The notes beneath the pieces were generated by a model. It made no database searches and was not told the DNA's origin. It saw nothing but the letters and a program-made list of their open reading frames with translations. From an uncultured bacterium (lineage in GTDB: Bacteria; Bacillota_I; Bacilli_A; RFN20; CAG-826), in the NCBI GenBank assembly GCA_949299165.1, contig CASFZJ010000005.1:12974-76973 (forward strand): a stretch of DNA of 64,000 bases, written 5' to 3'. Positions 18,477-30,172 of the stretch are shown piece after piece (positions within the stretch are counted from its first letter, which is position 1; the number at the start of each line of letters is the position of its first letter). A program made the position numbers and the translations under genes.

Positions 18477-20711
18477 TTAAAGTAATTTCTCCCTTTTAAC
18501 TTGGTTTGCTTTACGATTTAGAACTGTTTTGACGACAGTATTCACTTCTTTAATCACAAAAAGCATAGTCATTCCTTCTTTTAAAGGTGCACTTATATTA
18601 ATACCAACCTTCATATAAAAATCACCTTTATAAACATCATTAGTTAAAGAATTAAAATAATATTTATCTGGATTTAAGCCTTTTAATCGAATAAATCTAC
18701 CTTTTGTTTGTTCTCTTTTGAAATTAAAATTAAAAACCAACGCTTCTTTTTTGTCTTTAGTTACGCACATCCAACTTGCAAAGTTTGTTTTATATGGCGA
18801 AGAAAGCACATAATAATCACCTAAAGTTACAATATGATGGAATTGTTTTACTAATTTATTGAATTCAACAATTTGTTTCTTTTCATCGTCGCTCACTTTT
18901 GCTGGATCAAGTTCAAAACCATAAGTTCCAAAAGCTGAAATGATTATTTTATCTTGCATTGAAAGTGAATTTGATGCGCTTACATGAGCTCCAATTGTGG
19001 AAAGAGGATAGAAAACATTTGTCGCAAATTGAATCATTACTCTTGAATAAGGATTTGTTTCATCACTTCCCCAAATTTGTGGAGAATAATAAAGCATACC
19101 TAAATCAAATCTTCCAGCGCCACTAGCACAAGTTTCTAATAGGACATTTGGATATCTCTTTGTAAACATATCTAGTAGCTTGTAGGAGCCTAAAACGAAT
19201 CTGTGAAAAATTTCGCCTTCTTTTTCACGGCCTAAAAAAGATGAATAAATTTCACTAAAATATCTGTTAAAATCCCATTTACAATAATCAATATCATGAT
19301 TGTCAAAAAGATTTTTTAATTGCTCAAAAATATAGTTAATTACTTCGTCGTTTGTTAAATCCATTACCATTTGATGCCTTAACAAAGTTGGATTTTTAGT
19401 GCTATCACAAAGAGCATATTCTGGGTGTTTTCTGAAAATTTCTGAATCTGGAGAAATCATTTCTGGTTCAACCCAAATGCCAAATTTTATGCCGTTTTTA
19501 TGTGAAAAATCGATAACTTCTTTCAAATTTATCTTATTTTGGTTAATTTGCCAATCGCCTAAACTACTATTATCAGCGTTTCTTTTTCCGAACCATCCAT
19601 CATCAAGAACTACTTGTTCGATACCTAAATCCTTTGCATCCATAATTAATTTTTTGATTTTTTCTGTATCAAAATCAAACATAAAAGGTTCCCAAGAATT
19701 AATCAAAATCGGTCTTTCTTTAAGGGCAAATTTTTCTTGTAATAAGTTTTCACGTGTAAAATCGTGCATTGTTTGTGAAGCTTTATTTATACCTTTTGAA
19801 GAATAAATCAATACACATTCAGGAGTTATAAAACTCTCTTTCGCTTTCACTTCATAATGGAAATTCTCATCATTAATTAAAGCTAATAACCTACCTTGAT
19901 CATATTCATCAAGACCAACTTCAAATTTAAAATTTCCGCTATAAACAAGAGCAAACATGTAAACTTCACCAAAGTCATAATTAGCATCTTTTTCTTTAAT
20001 CATGATTGCAGGATTTTGTCTGAATCCTCTTCCGCCATGATTGTCATTAACAACAATTTTGCTATGTCCGATTGGTGTTACTTCAAGTTCTTTATCATCT
20101 CCCCGTTGACCATGTATTGAAACAAGTTCATAGTTTTTATTAACAAAATCCAATTGTAAAGAAGCGAGTCTATCAACATAAATCGATTTTTCTGTTCGAT
20201 TAAATAGTTTAGAAAATCTAACTAATGCTGCTTTTTTTCTAAAAATTGTGTAGTAAAGATTTAAATAAATTTCTTCTTTAATATCTTTCAAAGTAATAAT
20301 TAAAGTTTCGGCTTCACTTCTAGAATGTATTTTAAAATGAGGCAATCCTTCTGGGTCGACTTTTCCATTTATTATTTCATGTGAATAGTATCTAAAATCA
20401 GTTAGTCTTGATTTATCAGTGTGTTCAACTATAGCATAAGCGCCTTTTAAATCACTAGTTAAATTTGAACCAACTTCAAATAAAGAACCTTGCCCGCTAA
20501 AATAATAGGATTCATCACACACCTCTTTTTGCCCATCAAAATAAGCATAGCGTTCAATATATCTTTCATTAACTCTTTCAAGAGTTATATCATCTAATCT
20601 TTCGCCAGAATAAAGATGAATTAAATATCCAAGTTTATTTATATGCAAATAATAAGAATATTCTTCATTTGATAAATTAAAAATCTTTTTACGTGAGTCG
20701 AAACTAATCAT
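18477..20711 (-). CDS. GH36 alpha-galactosidase
   Basis: KWDFNR and CASGAGRFD motifs, 744 aa. Confidence 0.85.
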   Translation of the reverse strand: MISFDSRKKIFNLSNEEYSYYLHINKLGYLIHLYSGERLDDITLERVNERYIERYAYFDGQKEVCDESYYFSGQGSLFEVGSNLTSDLKGAYAIVEHTDKSRLTDFRYYSHEIINGKVDPEGLPHFKIHSRSEAETLIITLKDIKEEIYLNLYYTIFRKKAALVRFSKLFNRTEKSIYVDRLASLQLDFVNKNYELVSIHGQRGDDKELEVTPIGHSKIVVNDNHGGRGFRQNPAIMIKEKDANYDFGEVYMFALVYSGNFKFEVGLDEYDQGRLLALINDENFHYEVKAKESFITPECVLIYSSKGINKASQTMHDFTRENLLQEKFALKERPILINSWEPFMFDFDTEKIKKLIMDAKDLGIEQVVLDDGWFGKRNADNSSLGDWQINQNKINLKEVIDFSHKNGIKFGIWVEPEMISPDSEIFRKHPEYALCDSTKNPTLLRHQMVMDLTNDEVINYIFEQLKNLFDNHDIDYCKWDFNRYFSEIYSSFLGREKEGEIFHRFVLGSYKLLDMFTKRYPNVLLETCASGAGRFDLGMLYYSPQIWGSDETNPYSRVMIQFATNVFYPLSTIGAHVSASNSLSMQDKIIISAFGTYGFELDPAKVSDDEKKQIVEFNKLVKQFHHIVTLGDYYVLSSPYKTNFASWMCVTKDKKEALVFNFNFKREQTKGRFIRLKGLNPDKYYFNSLTNDVYKGDFYMKVGINISAPLKEGMTMLFVIKEVNTVVKTVLNRKANQVKREKLL

Positions 20712-22361
20712 CTAAATTACCTCAAAAATTCCTGCAAAATATGGTGGTAAATTGTTAAAATCTACTTCATTTTCATAGTTAGAAATCAATGTTTTTACGT
20801 TTAAAAGGTTACAATACTTCGCTTTTTTATCAGAAAAATTTAAAACGATCAAATAATTTTTCCCTTCATAATTTCTATAATATGAAACGATGTTTTTATT
20901 AACATATTCATCCTTAAAATCACCAAATCTTAAGACATCGTTGTTATTTCTAAATTTAATTAGCTTTTTATAAAAGTTAAGGATAGAATTAGGATCTTTT
21001 TCTTCGTCTTCCGCATTTATCTTTTTGTATAAATCGTTAACCTTTAACCAGGTCTCATGCCCTTCGTTAAATCCGCCATTTATACTATTTGACCAAGCAA
21101 AAGGAACACGAGCGTGATCTCTATTTATAGTTTCATTAACCATTTTAAAAGCTTTATCTCTACTAAATTTTAAAAGTTTTTGAACAGTTTCGGTTGTGTA
21201 AAGAGCAGCAACATCCTTACAATCTTCATATTTAACGTGCTCATAATTTAGCATTCCAATTTCTTCACCTTGGTAAATAAATGGTGTGCCTTTTAGTGTT
21301 AAAAGAAATAACGCGAGCATTTTTGCGCTTTCTTTATAGTATTTGTCGACGTTTCCATATCTATTTACTGAACGTAATTGGTCATGGTTTTCTAAATATA
21401 ATGCAATCCAAGGAACTATTTTTTGCCGTTTAAAAATTGGTTTAACTAACTTTTTGGTCTTAAATATACCTTTAAAAACTGGTAAAAACGCTTTATCTGC
21501 GTTTGTATGGTCGAATTCAAAGAACATATCGAGGCATCTTTCATTTAAAAAACGATTGCCGACTTCTTTATTTAACTCGCCAGTTTCTCCAACCAGAAAA
21601 GTATCATAATCATCTAAAACTTCCGTTCTAAATCTAGTTAAAATCTTGAACATATTGTCTTGATTTGAATAATATTTAAGACCTTTAAAATATAAAGCTC
21701 TTGTGTGATCATCTTTTAAACTAGATTTCCAAATTTTATTAATGACATCACATCTAAAACCATAGACGCCTTTATCAAGCCAAAATCTTAAAATATCTTC
21801 AACTTCTTTAATGACTTCTTCATTATGATAATTTAAATCGGCTTGAGTGTCGCAAAATAAATGCATGTAATAATAACCAGGTAAAGAATCGACCTTTTTC
21901 CAAGCAGGGCCTGTAAAACAACTTTGCCAATTATTTGGCATTTTTTTATGTGTTTTACCCCTGCCTTCTTTGATAAAGTAATAATCTCTATATTTATTTT
22001 TCTCTGGTTCAATTGCTTTTTTAAACCACTCATGTTCGGTGGATGTATGGTTTATAACTAGATCCATAACAATCTTGATGTCTCTTTCATTAGCTTCGCT
22101 TAAAAGTTCATCAAAATCCTCCATTGTGCCAAATTTTGGGTTGATGTTTTTATAATCGGCAATGTCATAGCCCATGTCGTCCATTGGTGAAACAAAAACA
22201 GGTGAAAGCCAAATAATTCCGATTCCTAAATCTTTTAAATAGTCGAGTTTTGCGGTGATTCCTTTCAAATCACCCCATCCATCATTATTAGAATCATAGA
22301 AACTAGAAGGGTAAATTTGATAGACGACTCTCTTTTTAAATTCATTACTTTGTGTTTTCAT
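20712..22361 (-). CDS. GH13 oligo-1,6-glucosidase / alpha-glucosidase
   Basis: DLVINHTS, GFRCDVI, GE.. and LENHDQ conserved regions. Confidence 0.85.
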   Translation of the reverse strand: MKTQSNEFKKRVVYQIYPSSFYDSNNDGWGDLKGITAKLDYLKDLGIGIIWLSPVFVSPMDDMGYDIADYKNINPKFGTMEDFDELLSEANERDIKIVMDLVINHTSTEHEWFKKAIEPEKNKYRDYYFIKEGRGKTHKKMPNNWQSCFTGPAWKKVDSLPGYYYMHLFCDTQADLNYHNEEVIKEVEDILRFWLDKGVYGFRCDVINKIWKSSLKDDHTRALYFKGLKYYSNQDNMFKILTRFRTEVLDDYDTFLVGETGELNKEVGNRFLNERCLDMFFEFDHTNADKAFLPVFKGIFKTKKLVKPIFKRQKIVPWIALYLENHDQLRSVNRYGNVDKYYKESAKMLALFLLTLKGTPFIYQGEEIGMLNYEHVKYEDCKDVAALYTTETVQKLLKFSRDKAFKMVNETINRDHARVPFAWSNSINGGFNEGHETWLKVNDLYKKINAEDEEKDPNSILNFYKKLIKFRNNNDVLRFGDFKDEYVNKNIVSYYRNYEGKNYLIVLNFSDKKAKYCNLLNVKTLISNYENEVDFNNLPPYFAGIFEVI

Positions 22362-23883
22362 TTTGATGTCTTCTTTCTAATTCTAAAACCATAATTTGAT
22401 GATTTTCTTCGTTAATTTTATAAGTACGTTTAATCCAAATAAAACAAGCTAACATTAGTAGACCAGGGATAATAGTAAATCCGACTTGATAAACACATCT
22501 TTGCCAAAATTCAACATTTTCAACACCTGTTATTTGATTGGCAATATTTCCAACATATTCACCAACTAAAACAGCATCTTCACCAAATTGTCTAATTGCG
22601 TCCATTTCAGCGCCACTTATTTGATTAGAAATTGCATAAAGTGAGCCTCCAAGAAGCGAAGCATACAAAACAACTTGTTGTAATGAACTACCAAGTTTTG
22701 CTGTGAAAGCTCTTAAAGAAAATACTGCACTCTCTCTTCTAACATTAAAATGATACTCATTATATTCAATCGAATCTTGAATCATAATGTATAAGACCAT
22801 GCTTATCAAAGTTTGTGCAAAGAAAACAATAAATCCAACAAAACATAATAATGGGAAAAATGTTACTGGGTTTAAAAATATATAAAGGAATAAAAGTCCA
22901 TAACCAAAAACAGTTACAATTGAAGCCCATGAAAAAATTGTCATTCGATGTAGCTTTAGTTTATTCACTAATAAAGGATAAATTATTTGCCCAAGAATAG
23001 TCGCAACGCCATAAACAACTGTAAATATTAATTGATAAGTGCCTGCTGCTGAATACCCAAAATTAAAATAGAAATAATTTAGACCTAAAGTAACTAAAAT
23101 GCTAGAACCAGTATAATAAAGTAAAATTCCAACAATGGAGCTCCTAACTTGACTATTTTTGACTAAAACTTCGAAAATATCTTTAAATTTCATCTTTTCG
23201 CTACTTTGTTCAACATCATTTGTTCTCTTTTTTTCTTTCATAAAAATAACAAGAATGAGTTGACTAAGGAAATAAAGTAGAGCTGCAATTAACGCGAAAT
23301 ATTTATATGAAATTGTGTAGCCAAAACTAGATGATAATATTGGCACAAGCCCGCCTGCTGTAAAACTACCAATCGAAACAAATATTGATAAAAGCGTTGT
23401 TAAATTCGCTCTTACTTTTTCGTTTTGTGATAAAGAAGGAAGTACGCTCCAAAATGCTATATCATTCATTGTATAGGTAAAATCCCACAAAAAATAAAAT
23501 ACAGCAAACAAAGCAACATATGCCCATCCATGAACATTTGTCCAAAACATCAAGAATGTCACAATGCTACTTAAAAGGGCACCTAAAAATATCCATGGAC
23601 GATATTTTCCCCATTTAAAATGGCATTTTTCAACAATAAATCCCATAATCGGATCGTTGAAACCATCCCAAATTCTTAAAACAATAATTATTACTGTGAT
23701 TGTGCTATACATTGCGATGTAATCACCGCCATCGCCTCCACCAATTCCACAATATTGAGCATACATTAAAAGAAACATGCTCACGAATTGATAGACTAAA
23801 TCTCTGAACATTCCGCTACTACAAAATAACCACTTTGTAAGTTTTGGAACTTTCTCTCCTTCGAATGTCTTATTTTGAAGCAT
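22345..23883 (-). CDS. GPH-family glycoside:cation symporter (MelB/LacS-like)
   Basis: 12 TM with a GPH-like N-terminus (KLTKWLFCSSGMFRDLVYQF). Start moved to the ATG at 23883, behind a GGGGAGG RBS. Confidence 0.8.
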   Translation of the reverse strand: MLQNKTFEGEKVPKLTKWLFCSSGMFRDLVYQFVSMFLLMYAQYCGIGGGDGGDYIAMYSTITVIIIVLRIWDGFNDPIMGFIVEKCHFKWGKYRPWIFLGALLSSIVTFLMFWTNVHGWAYVALFAVFYFLWDFTYTMNDIAFWSVLPSLSQNEKVRANLTTLLSIFVSIGSFTAGGLVPILSSSFGYTISYKYFALIAALLYFLSQLILVIFMKEKKRTNDVEQSSEKMKFKDIFEVLVKNSQVRSSIVGILLYYTGSSILVTLGLNYFYFNFGYSAAGTYQLIFTVVYGVATILGQIIYPLLVNKLKLHRMTIFSWASIVTVFGYGLLFLYIFLNPVTFFPLLCFVGFIVFFAQTLISMVLYIMIQDSIEYNEYHFNVRRESAVFSLRAFTAKLGSSLQQVVLYASLLGGSLYAISNQISGAEMDAIRQFGEDAVLVGEYVGNIANQITGVENVEFWQRCVYQVGFTIIPGLLMLACFIWIKRTYKINEENHQIMVLELERRHQNENTK

Positions 23884-24007
23884 ATTATTAGCCTCCCCTT
23901 TAAAAATCTCTACTAAAATTATACGAGAGATTAAGGCACTAATAAACAAAATAATAAGCAAAAACACACTATTTTAAAGAAAAATTAATTTTCAAATTTG
24001 AACTAAT

Positions 24008-24065
24008 AAATTCCTAGAAAAAATCAAAAAAGTAGCACTTTTTACAAAATTCCCTATATTTTTTT
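24008..24065. repeat. intergenic A-run/core/T-run module array
   Basis: Modules: aaattcctagaaaaaat, caaaaaagtagcacttttta, caaaattccctatattttttt. Confidence 0.55.
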
Positions 24066-24100
24066 ATCTTTATTTTTTATGTTTTTTAAAAAACAAAGAT

Positions 24101-24129
24101 AAAAAAAACGGCCATATTTCAGACCGTTT
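24101..24129 (-). terminator. probable terminator after eno
   Basis: Minus strand: AAACGG..CCGTTT hairpin followed by T8. The stem is short and the loop is about 12 nt. Confidence 0.45.
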
Positions 24130-24149
24130 AATTTACATATTAACAAAAC

Positions 24150-25454
<1,305 letters not shown>

Positions 25455-25482
25455 TTAAATAATCTCCTTTGCGATCTTTAAT

Positions 25483-25510
25483 ATTATAACTTAATTAATT
25501 AAGTGTATAA
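25483..25510 (-). promoter_or_regulatory. candidate sigma-70-type promoter for eno
   Basis: Minus strand: TTATAC, 16-nt spacer, TATAAT, about 30 nt upstream of the ATG. Confidence 0.4.
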
Positions 25511-25530
25511 ACATAAATAAAAATAGAATT

Positions 25531-26013
25531 TTAACTATTCATAAGAGAATTAGGATTGAACTTTAACAGGAAATAATAATCTGGATTGTTTCCTCCTACA
25601 TCTCCATTATTAACAAAACTTTGGGACTTAAATCCGATAGCGTTCAAAAGTCCAATAACATTATCCTTTGTCTTTAAGGTTAAAGATTTTTTGTTAAAAT
25701 CTGCAATTTTTTCGAATAATTCTTTAAATAAAAATTTACCTAATTCAATTTCTTGTCCTTCATTAAAAGATAAATAAACGATTTCATCTTGTTCATTTAA
25801 AACTATAACTCCACATATTTTGTTTTTATCATCGCTTAATAAATAACAAGAAATCCCTTTATAATTTCTAGCTCGATTTGTCGCGAAAACTTTTAAAACA
25901 GTTTTAAATTCACCTGAAAATGAATTTTCGTGAATAAAAACCAAATTATTATGGGAGTTAGCAAACTCTACAACTTCTTCAATGTTATTTTCTTTAATTT
26001 TTGAGACTTTCAT
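25531..26013 (-). CDS. small cytoplasmic protein, possibly GNAT-like
   Basis: 160 aa with weak GNAT-like beta/alpha pattern. No firm motif and no SD (2-nt gap to the upstream gene). Confidence 0.4.
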   Translation of the reverse strand: MKVSKIKENNIEEVVEFANSHNNLVFIHENSFSGEFKTVLKVFATNRARNYKGISCYLLSDDKNKICGVIVLNEQDEIVYLSFNEGQEIELGKFLFKELFEKIADFNKKSLTLKTKDNVIGLLNAIGFKSQSFVNNGDVGGNNPDYYFLLKFNPNSLMNS

Positions 26014-26015
26014 TA

Positions 26016-26633
26016 TTAATTAAGTTTAACGTAAATAGGTTGCATTGTTTTGTAATATGTCTCGTTATTGATAGTGGTTAAATAAGAAGGCATATAATAG
26101 ATGAAAAGTCTAGCATAAGCACGATTCAAACAAATAAATAAAATAGTTAAAAGTACACATGCCAATGCACCAGTTGCAAAATAATATGTAAAACCATAAT
26201 CAATTATAAATGATAATGCTTCAGTGTTTAAAAACTCAATTGCTTCAGGATAAAAATTATTTAAGATAATACCAACAGCAGAAAGAACGAATAAAACGCT
26301 GAAAATTACAAGTAAGATAATGTAAACCACTAACCGTCCATGACCAAATTTATTTGTCTTTTTCTCGTTCATTACATACCATGGAATTTCAATAAGTGTA
26401 TTTCTATATAAATCAAAATTAGATGGATCATATTTAATATTCATTTGGCCTTGTGAATAATAAATGACTTTTCTGCCATCATTTACCTTTTGAATGGTAA
26501 GAGTGGAATATCTTTTAAAGATTCCTTTAAAATCCATTTGGATAGTTCTTTTTCTTTTTGCAGAGTAACTTGCACATTTCAAAATTAAAACTAGAAGGAA
26601 CACAACACCAATTACAATATAAATCCACCACAT
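26016..26633 (-). CDS. membrane protein, unknown function
   Basis: N-terminal TM plus two or three C-terminal TMs. AGAAGAGGG RBS. Confidence 0.55.
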   Translation of the reverse strand: MWWIYIVIGVVFLLVLILKCASYSAKRKRTIQMDFKGIFKRYSTLTIQKVNDGRKVIYYSQGQMNIKYDPSNFDLYRNTLIEIPWYVMNEKKTNKFGHGRLVVYIILLVIFSVLFVLSAVGIILNNFYPEAIEFLNTEALSFIIDYGFTYYFATGALACVLLTILFICLNRAYARLFIYYMPSYLTTINNETYYKTMQPIYVKLN

Positions 26634-26650
26634 ATTTGACCCTCTTCTTT

Positions 26651-26772
26651 CCGAAAATTCCTTACTTTTTTATAAAAAATCCCGCAAATTTTAAATATTT
26701 TCCAGACTTTTTGCAAAAAGTACTACTTTTTTAAAAATTTCCTATATTTCTTATAAAATTATCGCATTTTTT
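26651..26772. repeat. six tandem ~20-bp A-run/core/T-run modules
   Basis: Modules: ccgaaaattccttactttttt, ataaaaaatcccgcaaatttt, aaatattttccagacttttt, gcaaaaagtactactttttt, aaaaatttcctatatttc, ttataaaattatcgcatttttt. Confidence 0.6.
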
Positions 26773-26797
26773 AAAATTCTTAAAAAGTCAATTTTTA

Positions 26798-28144
26798 CTA
26801 TTTTGCTAAAGTTCCTAATGGGTCCCAAGGTGCTAAGACAATTGGCTCTTCCTTTAACGCTTTTAATTCTTTTTCATTTAAATATTTTTTATTTACTACT
26901 GCTTGATAAACATATGAATCAAACCAACTATCAGACATTATGAAATAGCCTTGATTCCCTACATCTTTTCCCCAAGAATTTTCAACCTTCCAACGATTAA
27001 TTTTTCCGTTTTTGATATTAATGCCAGTTAAACACATTGCATGATTCATCGCAGATTCGTGGAAATCGAGCATGTCTTCTTTATCAAATTTAATTTCAAA
27101 ACCAAAAGCGGATTTATAATCAAAACTTAAGTCGTCCCAAAGTCCTGTAGTTCTATCCCTATAATTTGAAACATCACTTCCAAACCAAACAATTTCACCA
27201 TCTTTTAATTGAGAAATAATAAGCTCCTTAAATCTTTCCATAGGTAAATTTAAATGAACAATCTTTTTTCCTTCAATGACATTATTCAAATAATCAATTG
27301 TATAGTTTTTATAAAATGGTTTTCCTTCAGTTGGTGCGTTAACTATTGAAACATAATCATCGATATTTTTAACATACTTATTAAAGAAAGTTTTTGGAGT
27401 AAATCCTTCTTCTAAATGGTATTTTCCATCTTTATCAGTATATTCAAAATCAAATTTAGATGGAGGTTCACCAAAGCAATTTACTAATAAATTATAAATA
27501 AGTTTCATTGTTTCTTTTTTAAGCTCAAGAATCTTATCTAATTTACCTTCTTTATATAATTTCTTTGCTTTTGCAGCAAATTGTCTTGCTAAGGAATTGA
27601 TTAAAATATCAGATTCTCTTGTGCCGCTACTTTGGTAAGTTTCATTCATTACATTTTTTGGAACAACACCATATTTTTTAACTAAGTTTACAAACATATC
27701 CCATTGTCCGCCATCGCAAACACCATTTACTAAAACATGCATTAAGACTCTTTCATCTGGTTCATTAGCAATTAAATCTGCGATTGACGCTAAAAGATAA
27801 TTAGCCTTTTCGAGTTTATCAAAAAAGGCAATGTAATTTTGTGAAAGTTCAAAGTTAACAACTTTTAATTCATGAGCAATTTTTTCTCTTAGAAAGTTGC
27901 AAGCCGCAAAAATCCAGCATCTGCCACTTTGTTTTTGATTACATACTGGTAAAGTTTTAACTTCAATTGAAAAATCATTGATTACATCTTTTTCGTTTTT
28001 GGCATCATAAACAATTTCTGAAATTGGATTTTTTGTCAAAGCATTTTTAATGACTTTATTTTTTGTATCTTTATCGTAATTTACTTTAAATTCTTTTAAG
28101 TCTTTTTGATCGATTTCAAAATTAACAATATTTATATTTTTCAT
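26798..28144 (-). CDS. pepC: aminopeptidase C (bleomycin-hydrolase-type cysteine peptidase)
   Basis: QKQSGRCWIFA active-site Cys region and ENSWG near the C-terminus. Confidence 0.9.
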   Translation of the reverse strand: MKNINIVNFEIDQKDLKEFKVNYDKDTKNKVIKNALTKNPISEIVYDAKNEKDVINDFSIEVKTLPVCNQKQSGRCWIFAACNFLREKIAHELKVVNFELSQNYIAFFDKLEKANYLLASIADLIANEPDERVLMHVLVNGVCDGGQWDMFVNLVKKYGVVPKNVMNETYQSSGTRESDILINSLARQFAAKAKKLYKEGKLDKILELKKETMKLIYNLLVNCFGEPPSKFDFEYTDKDGKYHLEEGFTPKTFFNKYVKNIDDYVSIVNAPTEGKPFYKNYTIDYLNNVIEGKKIVHLNLPMERFKELIISQLKDGEIVWFGSDVSNYRDRTTGLWDDLSFDYKSAFGFEIKFDKEDMLDFHESAMNHAMCLTGINIKNGKINRWKVENSWGKDVGNQGYFIMSDSWFDSYVYQAVVNKKYLNEKELKALKEEPIVLAPWDPLGTLAK

Positions 28145-28153
28145 AAATGCTCC

Positions 28154-29383
28154 TTAAATCGCCCAATCCCCATTTTTAAATATTTGAATTTCTTTTCCAT
28201 CAATTGTTGTGCCGACAATATTTAAATCTTCATTACCAATCATAAAATCAGTATGAACAATTGAATGATTAATTGGTAATTTGTCCATTTCTTCCTTACT
28301 CATCGTCTCATATCCCTTAACAAGATTTTTAAACGAATCGCCAAGCGCCAAATGACAAGCCGCATTTTCATCATATAAAGTCGAGAAGAAAATCGTGTTT
28401 AATTCATTTATTGGAGAATGATAAGCAACTAAAGCGCATTCACCTAAATAACAAGCATTTTCATCAAGTTTAATCATGGCTTTTAATGCTTCCTCGCCTT
28501 TTTCGGCTTTGACTTCAACTACTTTTCCTTCTTCAAATTTTAAAGAAAAGTTTTCAATTAAAATTCCATTGTAATTTAATGGTTTTGTTGAATAGACAAT
28601 TCCGTGAGTTTTAAATTTATTTGGTGAGGTGAAGCACTCTTCGGTTGGAATATTTGGTTGGAAACGAATTCCTTTTGTTTTTGTGTTTTCGCCGCCAGCT
28701 TCCCAAATCACATTTTCTAAAAGTTCAACATATAAATCTGTACCATTTTTACTTGTATAATGTAAAGATTTTAAATGAAGATTATTTAATAAATTCATGT
28801 GATTTACGAGGTTTTTGTCATGAATCTCCCGATTTTTAATCGGGTCTCCTTCAAAAGCTCTACTTGTTTTTAAAATATATTCCCAAAGTTTTTCAACAGC
28901 ATCTTCTTCGTTTAATTCTGGAAAAACGCATTTTGCCCATTTTTTGGAAGGCACGCCTGCAATACACCATTGACATTCATCATCATATTGGTCGCGGTAA
29001 GCTCTAATTTCTTTTCCTTTAATAGAAAGTATTTCGTTCCTTCTTTTTAAATCAATTCCATCAAGCGAATGAGGATTATCGCTATCAATCCAAATTCTAG
29101 CAGGATGATTTTTAATGTTATGCTCATGTCTCGCTTTTTCGATTTCATTTAGATGAGCGATTTTTTCAAATTCAGCATTATTATTAGTCAAAATTCCAAT
29201 TTGGTTATCTTGCCATTGAACATCAACAAAGCTAGCGCCAGCTTTATATAATTCTTCGACAAGAACGCGAACAAATTCGACTGTTTCAAGATTAGCGATT
29301 ATTGTTGCTTCTTGCCCTTTTTGAATATTTGCGCCTACTGTTGCAATTAATTTTGCGTAATTTCTAATTTTATTTTGATCCAT
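28154..29383 (-). CDS. M29-family aminopeptidase (AmpS/PepS type)
   Basis: 409 aa with N-terminal YAKLIATVGANIQKGQ and conserved E/H/D-rich C-terminal half, typical of M29. Confidence 0.8.
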   Translation of the reverse strand: MDQNKIRNYAKLIATVGANIQKGQEATIIANLETVEFVRVLVEELYKAGASFVDVQWQDNQIGILTNNNAEFEKIAHLNEIEKARHEHNIKNHPARIWIDSDNPHSLDGIDLKRRNEILSIKGKEIRAYRDQYDDECQWCIAGVPSKKWAKCVFPELNEEDAVEKLWEYILKTSRAFEGDPIKNREIHDKNLVNHMNLLNNLHLKSLHYTSKNGTDLYVELLENVIWEAGGENTKTKGIRFQPNIPTEECFTSPNKFKTHGIVYSTKPLNYNGILIENFSLKFEEGKVVEVKAEKGEEALKAMIKLDENACYLGECALVAYHSPINELNTIFFSTLYDENAACHLALGDSFKNLVKGYETMSKEEMDKLPINHSIVHTDFMIGNEDLNIVGTTIDGKEIQIFKNGDWAI

Positions 29384-29443
29384 ATTTTTAATTCTTCTTT
29401 CTAATCTATAATATAATAATACGAGAAAGGCGGAATCTCTACT

Positions 29444-30172
29444 ATGTCGAAAAAGTTATTAAGCGAAAAAGATGTTATATCATATAAACGGGTAAAAATT
29501 ATCCAATCTGCACTTCTAATAATTTTTGGAATTGTTTTATGTATTTTTTCTAATTCAGCCGATGTTCAAAATGCACTTGGTTATATTACAGCAAGTATAA
29601 TTTTACTTTATGGTGCTTTAACAATCGGTTTTGGAATGATTTTCGTTAAAGGGATTTTAAGCATTGAAAACGTAACTGGCGCAGCTTTAATTTCGTTAGC
29701 GGTTTTAATATTTGTTAATCCAGAAATTGTTATGGAATATTTAGCGGTCTTTGCTGGCACAATGCTTCTTGTTTTTGCACTTATTTTCATCATTGAAATT
29801 GTAATTGCAATAGTTAGTAAAACTACAAAGAGTGCAATGTTTGTCATCGATATTTTAGCTGCATTTATCTTTTTAATTTTAGGTATATTAACGATTTATT
29901 TCAATTATTCTTCTGAAAGTTCAACCTTAAGAATGATTCTTATTATCTTAATAGGAATCACTTTGATTATCGCTGGAGGCTTATTAATTTTCTATTATGC
30001 GGCCAATCCAAAATTTAAAATCAACCAAAAAGTCATTTATTCTGAAGATGGCGAAAGCAAAATAACAGTTGTCAAAACTAATGTTTATAAATCAAACAAA
30101 AAATCAAAATCGAAAAAAATAACTGAGAATAGCAAGGAAAATGATAAAAACGAGATAGCAGAAGTTAAATAA
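29444..30172 (+). CDS. DUF308/HdeD-like membrane protein with Lys-rich tail
   Basis: Six TM in a repeating pattern, C-terminal KSNKKSKSKK tail. Confidence 0.6.
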   Translation: MSKKLLSEKDVISYKRVKIIQSALLIIFGIVLCIFSNSADVQNALGYITASIILLYGALTIGFGMIFVKGILSIENVTGAALISLAVLIFVNPEIVMEYLAVFAGTMLLVFALIFIIEIVIAIVSKTTKSAMFVIDILAAFIFLILGILTIYFNYSSESSTLRMILIILIGITLIIAGGLLIFYYAANPKFKINQKVIYSEDGESKITVVKTNVYKSNKKSKSKKITENSKENDKNEIAEVK

